Below, piece after piece: positions 10,989 through 23,280 of a stretch of DNA of 64,000 bases. Below the pieces are notes generated by a model. It saw only the letters and a list, made by a program, of their open reading frames with translations. It did not search any database and was not told the DNA's origin. The translations under genes and the position numbers were made by a program. The first letter of the stretch is position 1. Each line of letters starts with the position of its first letter. Origin of the DNA: Candidatus Competibacteraceae bacterium (GTDB lineage: Bacteria > Pseudomonadota > Gammaproteobacteria > Competibacterales > Competibacteraceae); contig JBDHRG010000001.1 in assembly GCA_039807445.1 (NCBI GenBank), positions 3,367 through 67,366 of the forward strand. The letters are read 5' to 3'.

Positions 10989-10993
10989 CGGTC

Positions 10994-13261
10994 TCAGCTC
11001 CGGCGCCGCTTCTTGCCGCCACCCCTGTCCCTGCGCCCCGGGCCGCGGCGCGCTTCGCGCGGCGCGCCGGCGCCCGCCTCGATCAGCGGCTCGAAGTCGA
11101 TCTTGCGCTCGTCGAGGTCGACGCGCACGACGCGCACCCGGATCGGGTCGCCGAGGCGGAACCGCCGTCCCGAACGCTCGCCCGCGAGCACGTGCCCGAC
11201 GGGATCGAAGTGGTAGTAGTCGCCGGGCAGGTTGCTGACGTGCACCAGTCCCTCGACGTAGACCTCGCGCAAGGCCACGAACAGCCCGAACGAGGTCACC
11301 GCCGACACCACGCCGTCGAAGTCTTCGCCGACCTTGTCGAGCATGTACTCGCACTTGAGCCACTCGACCGCGTCGCGCACCGCATCGTCGGCGCGGCGCT
11401 CGGTCATCGAGCAGTGCTCGCCGAGCTCGCTCATGCCGGTGGGCGAATAGTAGAAGTTCCTGGCACCGCCGCCGCGCAGCAGGTGACGGATCGCGCGGTG
11501 CACCAGCAGGTCGGGGTAGCGGCGGATCGGCGAGGTGAAGTGGGCGTACGCAGCGAGCGCCAGGCCGAAGTGGCCGAGATTGCCGGGGGCGTACACCGCC
11601 TGCGACAGCGAGCGCAGCATCACCGTCTGGATCAGCTCGAAGTCGGGGCGGCTGCGGATGCGTTCGAACAGCGCAGCGTAATCCTGCGGCTGCGGCTTGT
11701 CGCCGCCGCCGAGCGCGAGCCCGAGCTGCCCGAGGAAGCCGGTCAGCTTCTCGAGCTTGGCGAGCTGCGGCCCTTCGTGCACGCGGTACAGCGTCGGCAT
11801 CCTGTGGCGGGCGAGGAAGCGCGCGGCGGCGACGTTGGCGGCGATCATGCACTCCTCGATCAGCTTGTGCGCATCGTTGCGGTTCGAGGGCACGATGCGC
11901 TCGATCTTGCGCTCCGGGCCGTACTCGATCTCGGTTTCGTGCGTCTCGAAGTCGATCGCACCGCGCTGCTCGCGCGCCGCGCGCAGCACTGCGTAGAGCT
12001 GGTACAGTCGCTCGAGGTGCGGCACCAGCGTCGAGTACTGCGCGCGCACGTGCTCATCGCGCTCGACCAGCATCGCCGCCACCGCGTCGTAGGTCAGCCG
12101 TGCGTGCGAGCGCATCACCGCCTCGTGGAACTTCGAGCGGACGATCTGCCCGGCGTCGTCGATGAGCATCTCGCACACCAGGCACAGCCGGTCGACGTGC
12201 GGGTTCAGCGAGCACAGCCCGTTCGACAACGCCTCGGGCAGCATCGGGATCACGCGGTCGGGAAAGTACACCGACGTGCCGCGCAGTTCGGCGTCGCGGT
12301 CGAGCTCCGTGCCGGACTGCACGTAGTGCGACACGTCGGCGATCGCGACCCAAAGGCGCCAGGTCTTGCCCTTCTTCTCGCAATACACCGCATCGTCGAA
12401 GTCGCGTGCGCTGATGCCGTCGATCGTCACCAGCGGCGTGTCGCGCAGATCGAGGCGGCCGAGCTTGGCGGCTTCGGGCACCTCGGCGCCGAAGGCGTCG
12501 GCTTGCGCGGTCGCCTCCGGCGACCACTGCGTCGGGATGGCGTAATTGACGATCGCGATCTGCACCTCCATGCCTGGCGCCATGTGCTCGCCGAGCACCT
12601 CGCGCACGCGCACCAGCGGCATCGCGTTGCGCGCCGGCTGCTGCAGGATCTCGGCGACCACGATCTGCCCGGGCCTAGCGCCGTCCGCCTCGCCCGGCGG
12701 CACCAGGAAGTCCTGGCTCAGGCGGCGGTTATCGGGCAGCACCCGAGCCACGCCGCCGTCGATCACGTAGCGCCCGACGATGCGCTCGGTGCCGCGCTCG
12801 AGCACTTCGACCACACGCCCCTCGCGGCGGCCGCGGCGATCGATCCCGGTGACGCACATCACCACGCGGTCGCCGTGCAGCAGCTGGCGCATCTCGTGCG
12901 GCGGAATGAACAGATCGTCGCCACCCTCCTCGGGGGTGAGGAAGCCGAAACCATCCGGATGACCGATCACGCGCCCGCGCACCAGGTCCATCTTCGCGAT
13001 CGGGCCGTAGCCGCCGCGGCGGTTGCACATGATCTGGCCTTCGCGCTCCATCGCGCGCAGGCGGCGCTGCAGGGCGTCGCGCTCCCAGTCGTCGTCGATC
13101 AGCCACTCGGCGCATAGCGCCTCCCAGGACAGCGGCTGATCGCGGTGCTCGAGGTAATCGAGGATGAATTCGCGGCTGGGAGCCGCCCGCCCGTATTTCT
13201 CGCACTCGCGGGCGTAGTTCGGATCGAGTTGGCGCCAGGAGCGCCTCTTCTTCGCTGTCAT
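10994..13261 (-). CDS. rnr: ribonuclease R
   Basis: 755 aa. RNB catalytic region (DDAVYCE..., YFPDRVIPMLPE), C-terminal S1 domain and a basic tail. Confidence 0.93.
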   Translation of the reverse strand: MTAKKRRSWRQLDPNYARECEKYGRAAPSREFILDYLEHRDQPLSWEALCAEWLIDDDWERDALQRRLRAMEREGQIMCNRRGGYGPIAKMDLVRGRVIGHPDGFGFLTPEEGGDDLFIPPHEMRQLLHGDRVVMCVTGIDRRGRREGRVVEVLERGTERIVGRYVIDGGVARVLPDNRRLSQDFLVPPGEADGARPGQIVVAEILQQPARNAMPLVRVREVLGEHMAPGMEVQIAIVNYAIPTQWSPEATAQADAFGAEVPEAAKLGRLDLRDTPLVTIDGISARDFDDAVYCEKKGKTWRLWVAIADVSHYVQSGTELDRDAELRGTSVYFPDRVIPMLPEALSNGLCSLNPHVDRLCLVCEMLIDDAGQIVRSKFHEAVMRSHARLTYDAVAAMLVERDEHVRAQYSTLVPHLERLYQLYAVLRAAREQRGAIDFETHETEIEYGPERKIERIVPSNRNDAHKLIEECMIAANVAAARFLARHRMPTLYRVHEGPQLAKLEKLTGFLGQLGLALGGGDKPQPQDYAALFERIRSRPDFELIQTVMLRSLSQAVYAPGNLGHFGLALAAYAHFTSPIRRYPDLLVHRAIRHLLRGGGARNFYYSPTGMSELGEHCSMTERRADDAVRDAVEWLKCEYMLDKVGEDFDGVVSAVTSFGLFVALREVYVEGLVHVSNLPGDYYHFDPVGHVLAGERSGRRFRLGDPIRVRVVRVDLDERKIDFEPLIEAGAGAPREARRGPGRRDRGGGKKRRRS

Positions 13262-13377
13262 CGCATCTTTTCTTGTTCGCAGGGCGGCGCAGCCGCCGGT
13301 GATACATCTTCGGAGCCGGCGTTGGGAACCGCCGAGCGTGCTTTTTCAGGGGCGACCGAAAAGAATAGCAGGCCGGT

Positions 13378-13406
13378 TTGACAGTCACTGGCAGACTGCG
13401 TATATT
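13378..13406 (+). promoter_or_regulatory. putative sigma70 promoter of the tRNA-Leu pair
   Basis: TTGACA (13378-13383), 17 nt, TATATT (13401-13406), about 48 nt upstream of the first tRNA. Confidence 0.6.
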
Positions 13407-13454
13407 GCGCCCCCATCGCGGCGCCGAGCGGCGGCGCGGGTGATTCGAAGCCGT

Positions 13455-13539
<85 letters not shown>

Positions 13540-13559
13540 CCGGATCACGAAGACCACCT

Positions 13560-13644
<85 letters not shown>

Positions 13645-13655
13645 GATTCGAAGCA

Positions 13656-13682
13656 AGCCCCCGCGCGGGGCTTTGTTCGTTT
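13656..13682 (+). terminator. putative Rho-independent terminator after the tRNA-Leu pair
   Basis: Stem agcccc (13656-13661) / ggggct (13667-13672) with a 5-nt loop, followed by TTGTTCGTTT. Confidence 0.55.
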
Positions 13683-13712
13683 CCGCGTCCGCAAACCCGC
13701 AGCACCGTCATG

Positions 13713-13741
13713 AAAAACCCGGACGCCTCGCGCCGCCCGGG
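13713..13741 (-). terminator. putative Rho-independent terminator after purA
   Basis: Minus strand reads cccgggcg..cgtccggg followed by TTTTT (plus-strand AAAAA at 13713-13717), 28 nt after the purA stop. Confidence 0.5.
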
Positions 13742-13768
13742 CTCGTCGCGCTCGCAGGCGCTATCGGC

Positions 13769-15112
<1,344 letters not shown>

Positions 15113-16303
15113 TCAGGCCACCGGCGCGAGTTCCCATTCGGGCCCGCGGCACACCAGCGCGCGGTCGCAGCCGAGCTCGCGCGGGCTGCGGTCGGCACCC
15201 GGCAGCGCGCGGATCACGCGCTCGCCCGCCGCGCGCAAAGCACGCACGCGCGCCTCGAGCGCCGCGTCGCCTTCGCTCGCCGCCGGCGCGTACACGCCCG
15301 CCGGCACCGCGGCTTCGACCGCGCCGAGCGCGAGCAGCGTCTTCAGGTCGGTGCTGAAGCCGGTGGCCGGCCGGTCGTGGCCGAACACGCGGCCGATGCC
15401 GTCGTAGCGGCCACCGCGCGCCACCGCCTGCCCCTGCCCCGGCACGTAGGCGGCGAACACCAGTCCGGTGTGATAGTGGTAGCCGCGTAGCTCGGCGAGG
15501 TCGACGTGGATCGGCAGATTCGGGAATTCGCGCGCCAGCGCCGCGGCGGTGCGCTCGAGCACCGCCAGCGCCTCGAACACCTCGGCGCCGCCGGCGGCGA
15601 GCAAATCGCGCGCATCGCCGAGCACCTCGACGCCGCCGTTCAAACCGGCGAGCTGGCGCAGCATGCGGCCGGTCTCGGGCTCGAGCCCGGCGCCGGCCAG
15701 CCAGGCCTCGATCTCGGGCACGGCCTTGCGCTGCAGCGCATCGAACAGCCAGGTCTCGGTTTCGCGGTCGAGGCCGGCGCGGCACGCCAGCGCGCGGAAC
15801 AGGCCGACGTGGCCGAGGTCGAGGTGCACCTCGCCGACACCGGCGAGCGCCAGCGTCTCGAGCATCAGCGCGATCACCTCGAGGTCGCTCTCGAGCCCGC
15901 CATGACCGTACAGCTCGGCACCGACCTGCATCGGGCTGCGCGAACCGCCGAAGCCGTCACCGCGCGTGCGCAGCACGGTGCCCAGATAGCACAGCCGGTT
16001 CGGTGACTCACGCCACAGCTGGTGCGCGTCGATGCGGGCGACTTGCGGCGTCATGTCGGCGCGCACACCGAGCAGGCGGCCGCTGAGCTGATCGGTCAGC
16101 TTGAAGGTCTGCAAGCCGAGATCGTTGCCGGTGCCGGTCAGCAGCGCGTCGAGAAATTCGATGAACGGCGGGATGACCAAGTCATAGCCCCAGCGCTCGT
16201 ACAGGTCGAGCAGCTCGCGGCGCAGGCGCTCGAGCCGTCGGGCCTCGAGCGGCAGCACCTCTTCGATCCCCTCGGGGAGGAGCCAGCGGTTCTCAACGGT
16301 CAT
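15113..16303 (-). CDS. hisZ: ATP phosphoribosyltransferase regulatory subunit (HisRS paralogue)
   Basis: 396 aa. WLLPEGIEEVLP..FKLTDQLSGRLLGVRADMTPQVARI is the HisZ pattern. Conserved position between hflC and purA. Confidence 0.9.
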   Translation of the reverse strand: MTVENRWLLPEGIEEVLPLEARRLERLRRELLDLYERWGYDLVIPPFIEFLDALLTGTGNDLGLQTFKLTDQLSGRLLGVRADMTPQVARIDAHQLWRESPNRLCYLGTVLRTRGDGFGGSRSPMQVGAELYGHGGLESDLEVIALMLETLALAGVGEVHLDLGHVGLFRALACRAGLDRETETWLFDALQRKAVPEIEAWLAGAGLEPETGRMLRQLAGLNGGVEVLGDARDLLAAGGAEVFEALAVLERTAAALAREFPNLPIHVDLAELRGYHYHTGLVFAAYVPGQGQAVARGGRYDGIGRVFGHDRPATGFSTDLKTLLALGAVEAAVPAGVYAPAASEGDAALEARVRALRAAGERVIRALPGADRSPRELGCDRALVCRGPEWELAPVA

Positions 16304-16339
16304 ACGCGGGTTCCGGGAAGGGCCGAGCGCGCCGCGCGC

Positions 16340-16525
16340 TCAGCGGATCAGGTACAGCGTCGCCAGGCCGGCCGCCATGCTCAGCAGGCCGCCCAGACGC
16401 AGCGCCCGGTCGTCGAGCCGGGCCAGCCGCATCAGCGCTTCGCGCAGCCGGCGCGGATTGGCGAACGGCAGCAGCCCCTCGATCACGAGGACCAGGCCGA
16501 GCGCGGCGAGCAGATCATGCCACAT
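16340..16525 (-). CDS. DUF2065-family small membrane protein (YjeT-like)
   Basis: 61 aa, two hydrophobic segments, conserved position downstream of hflC. The family name is assigned from memory of this neighbourhood. Confidence 0.65.
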   Translation of the reverse strand: MWHDLLAALGLVLVIEGLLPFANPRRLREALMRLARLDDRALRLGGLLSMAAGLATLYLIR

Positions 16526-16534
16526 GCCGGTGTC

Positions 16535-16567
16535 CGAAAGAAAAATCCGGGCGGGACACCCGCCCGG
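16535..16567 (-). terminator. Rho-independent terminator/attenuator after hflC
   Basis: Stem ccgggcggg (16547-16555) / cccgcccgg (16559-16567) with a 3-nt loop. Followed on the minus strand by ATTTTTCTTTC. Confidence 0.6.
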
Positions 16568-16583
16568 CTGGGCGTGCCGCGCC

Positions 16584-17447
16584 TCAGGGCTGCTGCTGCT
16601 TGAAGTAGCGGAAGAACTCGCCGTCGGGGGTGAGCAGCAGCACGTCGTTCTTGCCGTCGAAGCTGACGCGGTATGCGTTCAGGCTGCGGTAGAAACCGAA
16701 GAACGCCGGATCCTTGCCGTAGGCTTGCGCGTAGATCTCGGCGGCGCGCGCGTCGCCCTCGCCGCGGCTGCGCTCGGCATCGCGGTAGGCTTCGGCGAGG
16801 ATCACCGTGCTCTGGCGGTCGGCGTCGGCGCGGATGCGCTCGGCCGCCTCGGCGCCACGCGAGCGGAAGTCGCGCGCAACGCGCTCGCGCTCGGCGCGCA
16901 TGCGCCGGAACACCGACGAGCTCACGTCGGAGGGCAGATCGATGCGCTTGATGCGCACGTCGACCACGTCGACGCCGAGCTTGGACGCCTCGCGCTTGAG
17001 CACCGTCGACAGGATCTCCATGATCTGGCGGCGATCGCCGGCGACCACGTCCTGCAGCGTGCGCTTGGAGAACTCGCTGCGCATGCTGTCCTTGGTGATC
17101 TGGTCGAGGCGCTGGTTGGCTTGCACGAAGTCGCCGCCGACCGCGGTGTAGTAGCGCGCGACGTCGGCGATGCGCCACTTGACGAAGGAGTCGACGATGA
17201 CGTTCTTCTTTTCCGCGGTCAGGAAGCGCTCGGGCTCGGTGTCGAGCGTCTGCACGCGCGCGTCGAACTTCTTGACGTTGTTGATCAGCGGCAGCTTGAA
17301 GTGCAGCCCCGGCATGTAGTCGGCCTGAACGATCTCGCCGAGGCGGAAGCGCAGCGCCTTTTGCGTGGCATCGACGGTGAACACCGACATCGAGGCCAGC
17401 ACCACGGCGGCGATCGCGCCGCCGACGAAGAGCTTGTTGGGACTCAT
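16584..17447 (-). CDS. hflC: FtsH protease modulator HflC (SPFH/band-7)
   Basis: From ATG at 17447: N-terminal TM segment, then SPFH domain (FTVDATQKALRFRLGE..., DVRIKRIDLP). Its ATG overlaps the hflK TGA by 1 nt (TGATG). Confidence 0.92.
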   Translation of the reverse strand: MSPNKLFVGGAIAAVVLASMSVFTVDATQKALRFRLGEIVQADYMPGLHFKLPLINNVKKFDARVQTLDTEPERFLTAEKKNVIVDSFVKWRIADVARYYTAVGGDFVQANQRLDQITKDSMRSEFSKRTLQDVVAGDRRQIMEILSTVLKREASKLGVDVVDVRIKRIDLPSDVSSSVFRRMRAERERVARDFRSRGAEAAERIRADADRQSTVILAEAYRDAERSRGEGDARAAEIYAQAYGKDPAFFGFYRSLNAYRVSFDGKNDVLLLTPDGEFFRYFKQQQP

Positions 17448-18664
17448 CAGCGAACCTCCCGGCTGCGGCCGAGATCGCGCGCGCGCGCGCCGGCATCGGC
17501 GCCCGACGCCTGGGCGGGGGACGGCGGCGCCGACGGCGCCGCCTCGTGCGCGGCCGTCTCGCCGGGACGGTCGCTGCGCACGCCCTGCTGGATCAGCTTG
17601 TCGAGTGGCAGGTACATCAGGCTCTGGCCGTTCTGCACGTCGACCAGCACCTTGCTCGAATTGCCGAACACGGTCTGCATGGTCTCGAGGTACAGACGCT
17701 CGCGTGTGACCTCCGGCGCCTTGGCGTACTGGGCGCGCAACTGCTCGAAGCGCGAGGCCTCGCCCTCGGCCTGCGCGATCACCTGCGCCTTGTAGGCCTC
17801 GGCCTCCTGCAGCCGGCGCGAAGCCTGGCCACGCGCCTTGGGGATGATCTCGTTGGCGTAGGACTCGGCTTCGTTCTTCTGCCGCTGCTCGTCTTCGCGC
17901 GCCTTGATCGCGTCGGCGAAGGCCTCCTGGACCTCCTCGGGCGGCTGCGCGTCCTGCAGGTTGACGGTGTTGATGCGCAAGCCCGCCTTGTACTGATCGA
18001 GCACCGCCTGCGTCAGCTCGCGGATCTGCGCGACGATCTCGGCGCGCCCCTCGGTCAGCACGAAATCCATCGTGCTGCGGCCGATCGTCTCGCGCGTGGC
18101 GCTCTCGACCGCCTGGCGCAGCGTCAGATCGGGATCGACGACATTGACCAGGTAGGCGACCGGGTCGCTGACCTGGTATTGCACCGCCAGGCGCACGTCG
18201 ACGATGTTCTCGTCCTGCGTCAGCATCAGCGCTTCCTTCGGCACCGGGCGCGAACCGGGCTGGCGACCGCCGGAACGGTAGCCGATCTCTTCGGAGCGCA
18301 CCTGCTCGATGTCGACGACCTCGACGCGCTCGATCGGGTAGGGCAGGTGCCAGCGCAGGCCCGGCTGCGTGGTCTCGACGTACTTGCCGAAGCGGAACAC
18401 CACGCCGCGCTTGCCTTCGTCGACGATGTAGAAGCTGCCGACGCCGGCCCACAGCACCAGCGCGACCGCGCCGACCAGTGGCAGCCAAGCCCGGCTCGGC
18501 CGACGGCCGTCGCCGCCACCCTCGCCGCCACGGCGGCCGCCGAGCACGCCGCCGAGCTTGTCGCTCAGCTTGCGCAGCACTTCGTCGAGGTCGGGCGGTC
18601 CCTGGTCGCGCCCGCCCCCGTTCCACGGGTCGCGGTTGTTCCCCCCCGGTTCGTTCCAGGCCAT
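17447..18664 (-). CDS. hflK: FtsH protease modulator HflK (SPFH/band-7)
   Basis: From ATG at 18664: MAWNEPGGNNRDPWNGGGRDQGPPDLDE (typical HflK N-terminus), TM segment, SPFH domain (FYIVDEGKRGVVFRFGKY). Confidence 0.92.
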   Translation of the reverse strand: MAWNEPGGNNRDPWNGGGRDQGPPDLDEVLRKLSDKLGGVLGGRRGGEGGGDGRRPSRAWLPLVGAVALVLWAGVGSFYIVDEGKRGVVFRFGKYVETTQPGLRWHLPYPIERVEVVDIEQVRSEEIGYRSGGRQPGSRPVPKEALMLTQDENIVDVRLAVQYQVSDPVAYLVNVVDPDLTLRQAVESATRETIGRSTMDFVLTEGRAEIVAQIRELTQAVLDQYKAGLRINTVNLQDAQPPEEVQEAFADAIKAREDEQRQKNEAESYANEIIPKARGQASRRLQEAEAYKAQVIAQAEGEASRFEQLRAQYAKAPEVTRERLYLETMQTVFGNSSKVLVDVQNGQSLMYLPLDKLIQQGVRSDRPGETAAHEAAPSAPPSPAQASGADAGARARDLGRSREVR

Positions 18665-18729
18665 CTCGTACTCCAGTACTCCAGTGAAACTGTCAGGTTG
18701 CGGGCAGGTTGCGGATCGCGTGCCTCGCC

Positions 18730-20022
18730 TCAGCGCACGGCGGCTTCCATCCATCCTTCGCTCAAGCCTTCCTGCCGGCACAGCTGGCGCAGGTGCTTGC
18801 GCGGGGCGTGGACGTCGAGCAGCCATTGGCCCTCGGGGCCAATGCGCTCGCCGACCACGGCGCCGATGTCGAACAGGCGCGCGCGCAGCCGACCCTGGCG
18901 CGGCTCGAGCTCGAGCACGCCGCGCAACGTGTCGCTCTTCAGCCGCTCGGCGACCGCTTCGCGCAAGAGCTCGAGCCCGGCGCCGCTGACCGCCGAGATC
19001 CACACCGACACGGCCAGCCCCTCGGCATTGCGCTCGATGCGCGGCGCGCTGCCCTCGACCAGATCGAGCTTGTTGTACACCAGCAGCCGCGGCACCTGGT
19101 CGGCGCCGATCTCGGCGAGCACGGTGTCGACGTCGGCCTCGAGCTCGGAGCGGGCCGGGTCGGCGGCATCGATCACGTGCAGCAGCAGACTGGCTTCGAC
19201 CGTCTCCTGCAGCGTCGAACGGAAGGCGGCGACCAACTCGTGCGGCAGGCGGCCGACGAAGCCGACCGTGTCGGCGAGCACCGCAGCGTCGGCGCCGGGC
19301 AGATCGAGCCGGCGCAGCGTCGGGTCGAGCGTCGCGAACAGCTGGTCGGCGGCGTAGACGCCGGCGCCGGTCAGCGCGTTGAACAGCGTCGACTTGCCGG
19401 CATTGGTGTAGCCGACCAGCGACACGGTCGGAAGTTCCGCCTTGCGCCGCGAGGCACGGCCCTGGTCGCGGGTGCGCCCAACCTTCGCCAGCCGGCGCTT
19501 GATCTGGCTGATGCGCCCGGCGAGCAGGCGGCGATCGGTTTCGAGCTGGGTCTCGCCGGGGCCGCGCAAGCCAATGCCGCCGCGCTGGCGCTCGAGGTGG
19601 GTCCAGCCGCGCACCAGGCGCGTGGCCATGTGCTCGAGCTGCGCCAGCTCGACCTGCAGCTTGCCCTCAAAGCTGCGCGCGCGCTGCGCGAAGATGTCGA
19701 GGATCAGCCCGGTGCGGTCGACCACGCGGCACTTGAACAGCGCCTCGAGGTTGCGCTCCTGGCCGGGCGTCAGCTCGTGGTCGAAGATCACCAGCTCGGC
19801 CGCCTCCGCCGCGACCCGGTCGCGGATCTCTTCGGCCTTGCCCGAGCCGATGAACCAGCGGGCGTCAGGCGCGCGGCGCGAGCCGGTGACGACAGCGACG
19901 CGGACCGCGCCGGCCGAGGTGGCCAGCTCTTCGAACTCCGCCAGCTCGCGGGCGTCGACTTCCGCGTTCAGTGCGACATGGACGAGAACCGCGCGCTCGC
20001 CGGCGCGGGGACGTTCAAACAA
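18730..20022 (-). CDS. hflX: ribosome-associated GTPase HflX
   Basis: 430 aa. MFERPRAGERAVLVHV.., LDIFAQRA, GPGETQLETDRR, G1 motif GYTNAGKSTLFNALT. TTG start at 20022. Confidence 0.93.
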   Translation of the reverse strand: MFERPRAGERAVLVHVALNAEVDARELAEFEELATSAGAVRVAVVTGSRRAPDARWFIGSGKAEEIRDRVAAEAAELVIFDHELTPGQERNLEALFKCRVVDRTGLILDIFAQRARSFEGKLQVELAQLEHMATRLVRGWTHLERQRGGIGLRGPGETQLETDRRLLAGRISQIKRRLAKVGRTRDQGRASRRKAELPTVSLVGYTNAGKSTLFNALTGAGVYAADQLFATLDPTLRRLDLPGADAAVLADTVGFVGRLPHELVAAFRSTLQETVEASLLLHVIDAADPARSELEADVDTVLAEIGADQVPRLLVYNKLDLVEGSAPRIERNAEGLAVSVWISAVSGAGLELLREAVAERLKSDTLRGVLELEPRQGRLRARLFDIGAVVGERIGPEGQWLLDVHAPRKHLRQLCRQEGLSEGWMEAAVR

Positions 20023-20085
20023 GCGCGGGTTCCTCGCGGCTGTTCAGTGGGGCGTGATGCGGATGCACGGATGCGCGGACCGCGA

Positions 20086-20337
20086 TCAGGCTTCGTCGCC
20101 GTGCTCGGCGCCCTCGTCGGTCAGGTGCAGGCGCACGTTGCGCGAAGGCACCACGGTCGAGATCGCATGCTTGTAGATCATTTGGCTGACGGTGTTCTTC
20201 AGCAGCACAACGAACTGGTCGAAGGATTCGATCTGGCCCTGCAGCTTGATGCCGTTGACCAAGTAGATGGACACCGGAATCCTTTCCTTGCGCAGCGCGT
20301 TCAGGAAGGGCTCTTGGAGCGAGTGGCCTTTTGCCAT
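20086..20337 (-). CDS. hfq: RNA chaperone Hfq
   Basis: From ATG at 20337: [61 protein letters not shown]. 83 aa. Confidence 0.95.
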   Translation of the reverse strand: MAKGHSLQEPFLNALRKERIPVSIYLVNGIKLQGQIESFDQFVVLLKNTVSQMIYKHAISTVVPSRNVRLHLTDEGAEHGDEA

Positions 20338-20449
20338 AGAGGAAGTCCTCTTCTCATTGTTAGAAAGCGTCTTTCCGACAGCCGCGCCCGGCGCGCCGAT
20401 CGGCCCCCGAGGTTCGAACCGCGGCGAAGTGTAGCACAGCGCCCCATCC

Positions 20450-21376
20450 TCACCCCGGCAGCGCCGCGAGCACCCGCCCCGCCAGGCCCGGCTCGCGGCT
20501 GTCGTGCCAGAGCGCATCGCCCTCGGCGCGCAGCCAGGTGAACTGGCGCTTGGCGAACTGCCGCGTGGCGACCACGGCACGCTGCCTCATCGCCGCGCGG
20601 TCCGTCAAGCCGTCCAGATGCTCCCACACCTGGCGATAGCCGACCGCGCGCATCGCCGGTAGCCCGGGGTGCAAGTCGCCGCGCGCGCGCAGGCGTGCGA
20701 CTTCGTTGACGAAGCCCGCAGCCAGCATCGCGTCGAAACGCTGCGCTATGCGCGCGTGCAGCTCGGCGCGGTCGGCCGGCGCCAGCACGAACTTGCGCAG
20801 CCGGTACGGACAAGCGCGCGTGCCTTGTTCGGCCCAGAGCTCCGTCAGCGGCCGGCCGGCGAGCTCGAACACTTCGAGCGCGCGCACGATGCGCTGCGGG
20901 TCGCGCGGGTGGATGCGTGCCGCCGCCGCCGGGTCGACCTGCGCCAGGCGCGCGTGCAAGGCTTCGCAGCCGTGCTCGGCCAGTTCGGCGGCGAGCCGGA
21001 TGCGCACGCCGGCATCGGCCGCCGGCAGCTCGGACAGCCCGTGCTCGAGCGCGCGAAAGTACAGCATCGTGCCGCCGACCAAAAGCGGGATGTGTCCGGC
21101 AGCGCTGATCTCGTCCATTGCCGCGAGCGCATCGCGGCGGAACTGCGCCGCCGAATAGCGTTCGGCCGGGTCGAGGATGTCGATCAGCCGGTGCGGCGCG
21201 AGGCGCAAGGTCGCCGCATCGGGCTTGGCGGTACCGATGTCCATGCCGCGGTACACCAGCGCCGAATCGACGCTGACGATTTCGAACGGCCCGCGCCGCA
21301 CCAGCTCGACGGCGAGGTCGGTCTTACCCGAGGCGGTCGGCCCCATGATGCAGACGGCGATCGGCGTCGTGTCCAT
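20450..21376 (-). CDS. miaA: tRNA dimethylallyltransferase
   Basis: From ATG at 21376: P-loop [34 protein letters not shown]. 308 aa. Confidence 0.93.
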   Translation of the reverse strand: MDTTPIAVCIMGPTASGKTDLAVELVRRGPFEIVSVDSALVYRGMDIGTAKPDAATLRLAPHRLIDILDPAERYSAAQFRRDALAAMDEISAAGHIPLLVGGTMLYFRALEHGLSELPAADAGVRIRLAAELAEHGCEALHARLAQVDPAAAARIHPRDPQRIVRALEVFELAGRPLTELWAEQGTRACPYRLRKFVLAPADRAELHARIAQRFDAMLAAGFVNEVARLRARGDLHPGLPAMRAVGYRQVWEHLDGLTDRAAMRQRAVVATRQFAKRQFTWLRAEGDALWHDSREPGLAGRVLAALPG

Positions 21377-21378
21377 GC

Positions 21379-23211
21379 TCAGCGTCCGCGCAGGAACAGT
21401 CGGTCGAGCTCGAGCAGCGTCAGCTGCACCCAGGTCGGCCGGCCGTGATTGCACTGGCCGCTGCGCTCGGTGGTCTCCATCTCGCGCAGCAGCGCGTTCA
21501 TCTCCGCCAGGCTCAGCCGGCGCCCGGCGCGCACCGAGCCGTGGCACGCCATCGTCGCCAGCAGTTCGTTCAGCGCGTCGATCACGCCGCGGCTGCTGCC
21601 GTGCTCGACCAGCTCGGCGAGCACCGCGCGCGCCAGCGCCTCGATATCGCCCCCGGCGAGCAGCGCCGGCACGCGGCGCACGATCACGCGCTGCGGACCG
21701 ATCGCCGCAAGCTCGAGCCCGAGCCCGGCGAGCGCCTCCTGCCCCTCTTCGACCGCGGCGGCTTCGCTGGCGCTGACCGCGAGCGTGACCGGCACCAGCA
21801 GCGGCTGGCTGCGGATGCCGTCGCGCTCGAGCGCGACTTTCAGCCGCTCGTAGGTGAGGCGTTCGTGCGCCGCGTGCATGTCGACCAGGATCAGGCCGTG
21901 CGCATTCTCGGCCAGGATGTAGATGCCGGCGAGCTGCGCCAGCGCGAAGCCGAGCGGCGGCATGCCCGTCTCGGCTGCCGCGGCTTCGGCGCGCGGCGTG
22001 CCGCGCGCCGGCGGTGCCGAAGCTGCCCAGACCTCGCCCGCACCGTGCAGCCGCGCGTAGGCTGCCATGCGCTCGTGCACCGCCTGCGGCACAGCGGCCC
22101 CGAACGGTGGCGCCGCGGCGCCGATCGGCAGGCGCTGCTGCTCGCGCGGCCCGGGCGGGAGCGCCGCCGGCGTATCGCCCGCGGCGGCCACCGGCGCGGC
22201 TTCGCGTCCGGCGCGCGCATCGGCCAGCACCTCGTGCAGCGTGCGGAACAGCATGTCGTGCACCAACCGCGCCTCGCGGAAGCGCACCTCGTGCTTGGCC
22301 GGGTGGGCGTTGGCGTCGACCAGCGCCGGGTCGAGTTCGAGGTAGAGCACGAAAGCCGGATGGCGGCCGTGGAACAGCACGTCCTGATAAGCCTGGCGCA
22401 CCGCGTGCGACACCAGCCGATCGCGCACCATGCGGGCATTGACGAAGAAGTGCTGCTGGTCGGCTTGCGCGCGGTTGTAGGTGGGCAAACCGACCCAGCC
22501 CCACAGCCGCAACCCCGCGGCCTCATGGTCGATAAACAGGCTGTGAGCGACGAACTCGGCACCGAGCAGCTCGGCGAGCCGCGCCTCGCGCGCGGGCCGC
22601 GCTTCGGCGCTCGGCAGGCGCAGCACCGGCTTGGCGTTGTGGACCAGCCTGAGCTCGACGTCGAAGCGCGACAGCGCGATGCGGTGCACCACCTCGAGGA
22701 CGTGGCCGAACTCGGTGCGCTCGCTCTTCAGGAACTTGCGCCGCGCCGGGATGTTGTAGAACAGGTCGCGCACCTCGACCGTGGTGCCGACCGGGTGCGC
22801 TGCGGGCGCGGGCTCGCGCGGCAGTTCGCGGCCGTCGCCCTCGAGCGCCCAGCCCCCCGCGGCGTCGCGGCTGCGCGAGGCCAGGCTCAGCCGCGACACC
22901 GAGGCGATGCTCGGCAGCGCCTCGCCGCGAAAGCCGAGGCTGGCGACGCGCACCAGATCGTCAAAACTGGCGATCTTGCTGGTCGAGTGGCTGGCCAGCG
23001 CGGCGGACAAGTCGTCGCGGGCGATGCCGCAGCCGTCGTCGCGGATGCGGATCAGCCGGATGCCGCCCTGCTCGAGCTCGAGTTCGATGCGCGCACTACC
23101 GGCATCGAGGCTGTTCTCGAGCAGCTCCTTGACCACCGAGGCCGGACGCTCGACCACTTCACCGGCGGCGATCTGGTTGATCAGCTCGGCAGGAAGGCGG
23201 CGGATGCGCAT
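21379..23211 (-). CDS. mutL: DNA mismatch repair endonuclease MutL
   Basis: [38 protein letters not shown] (GHKL ATPase N-terminus) and C-terminal dimerisation domain. ATG at 23211; the track start is a GTG at 23223. Confidence 0.93.
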   Translation of the reverse strand: MRIRRLPAELINQIAAGEVVERPASVVKELLENSLDAGSARIELELEQGGIRLIRIRDDGCGIARDDLSAALASHSTSKIASFDDLVRVASLGFRGEALPSIASVSRLSLASRSRDAAGGWALEGDGRELPREPAPAAHPVGTTVEVRDLFYNIPARRKFLKSERTEFGHVLEVVHRIALSRFDVELRLVHNAKPVLRLPSAEARPAREARLAELLGAEFVAHSLFIDHEAAGLRLWGWVGLPTYNRAQADQQHFFVNARMVRDRLVSHAVRQAYQDVLFHGRHPAFVLYLELDPALVDANAHPAKHEVRFREARLVHDMLFRTLHEVLADARAGREAAPVAAAGDTPAALPPGPREQQRLPIGAAAPPFGAAVPQAVHERMAAYARLHGAGEVWAASAPPARGTPRAEAAAAETGMPPLGFALAQLAGIYILAENAHGLILVDMHAAHERLTYERLKVALERDGIRSQPLLVPVTLAVSASEAAAVEEGQEALAGLGLELAAIGPQRVIVRRVPALLAGGDIEALARAVLAELVEHGSSRGVIDALNELLATMACHGSVRAGRRLSLAEMNALLREMETTERSGQCNHGRPTWVQLTLLELDRLFLRGR

Positions 23212-23280
23212 GGCTCGCTCCACGGAAAGACGAAGGGCCGGCGGGCGCAGACGCCCGCCGGCCCGTGCAGGCGCGTGCGC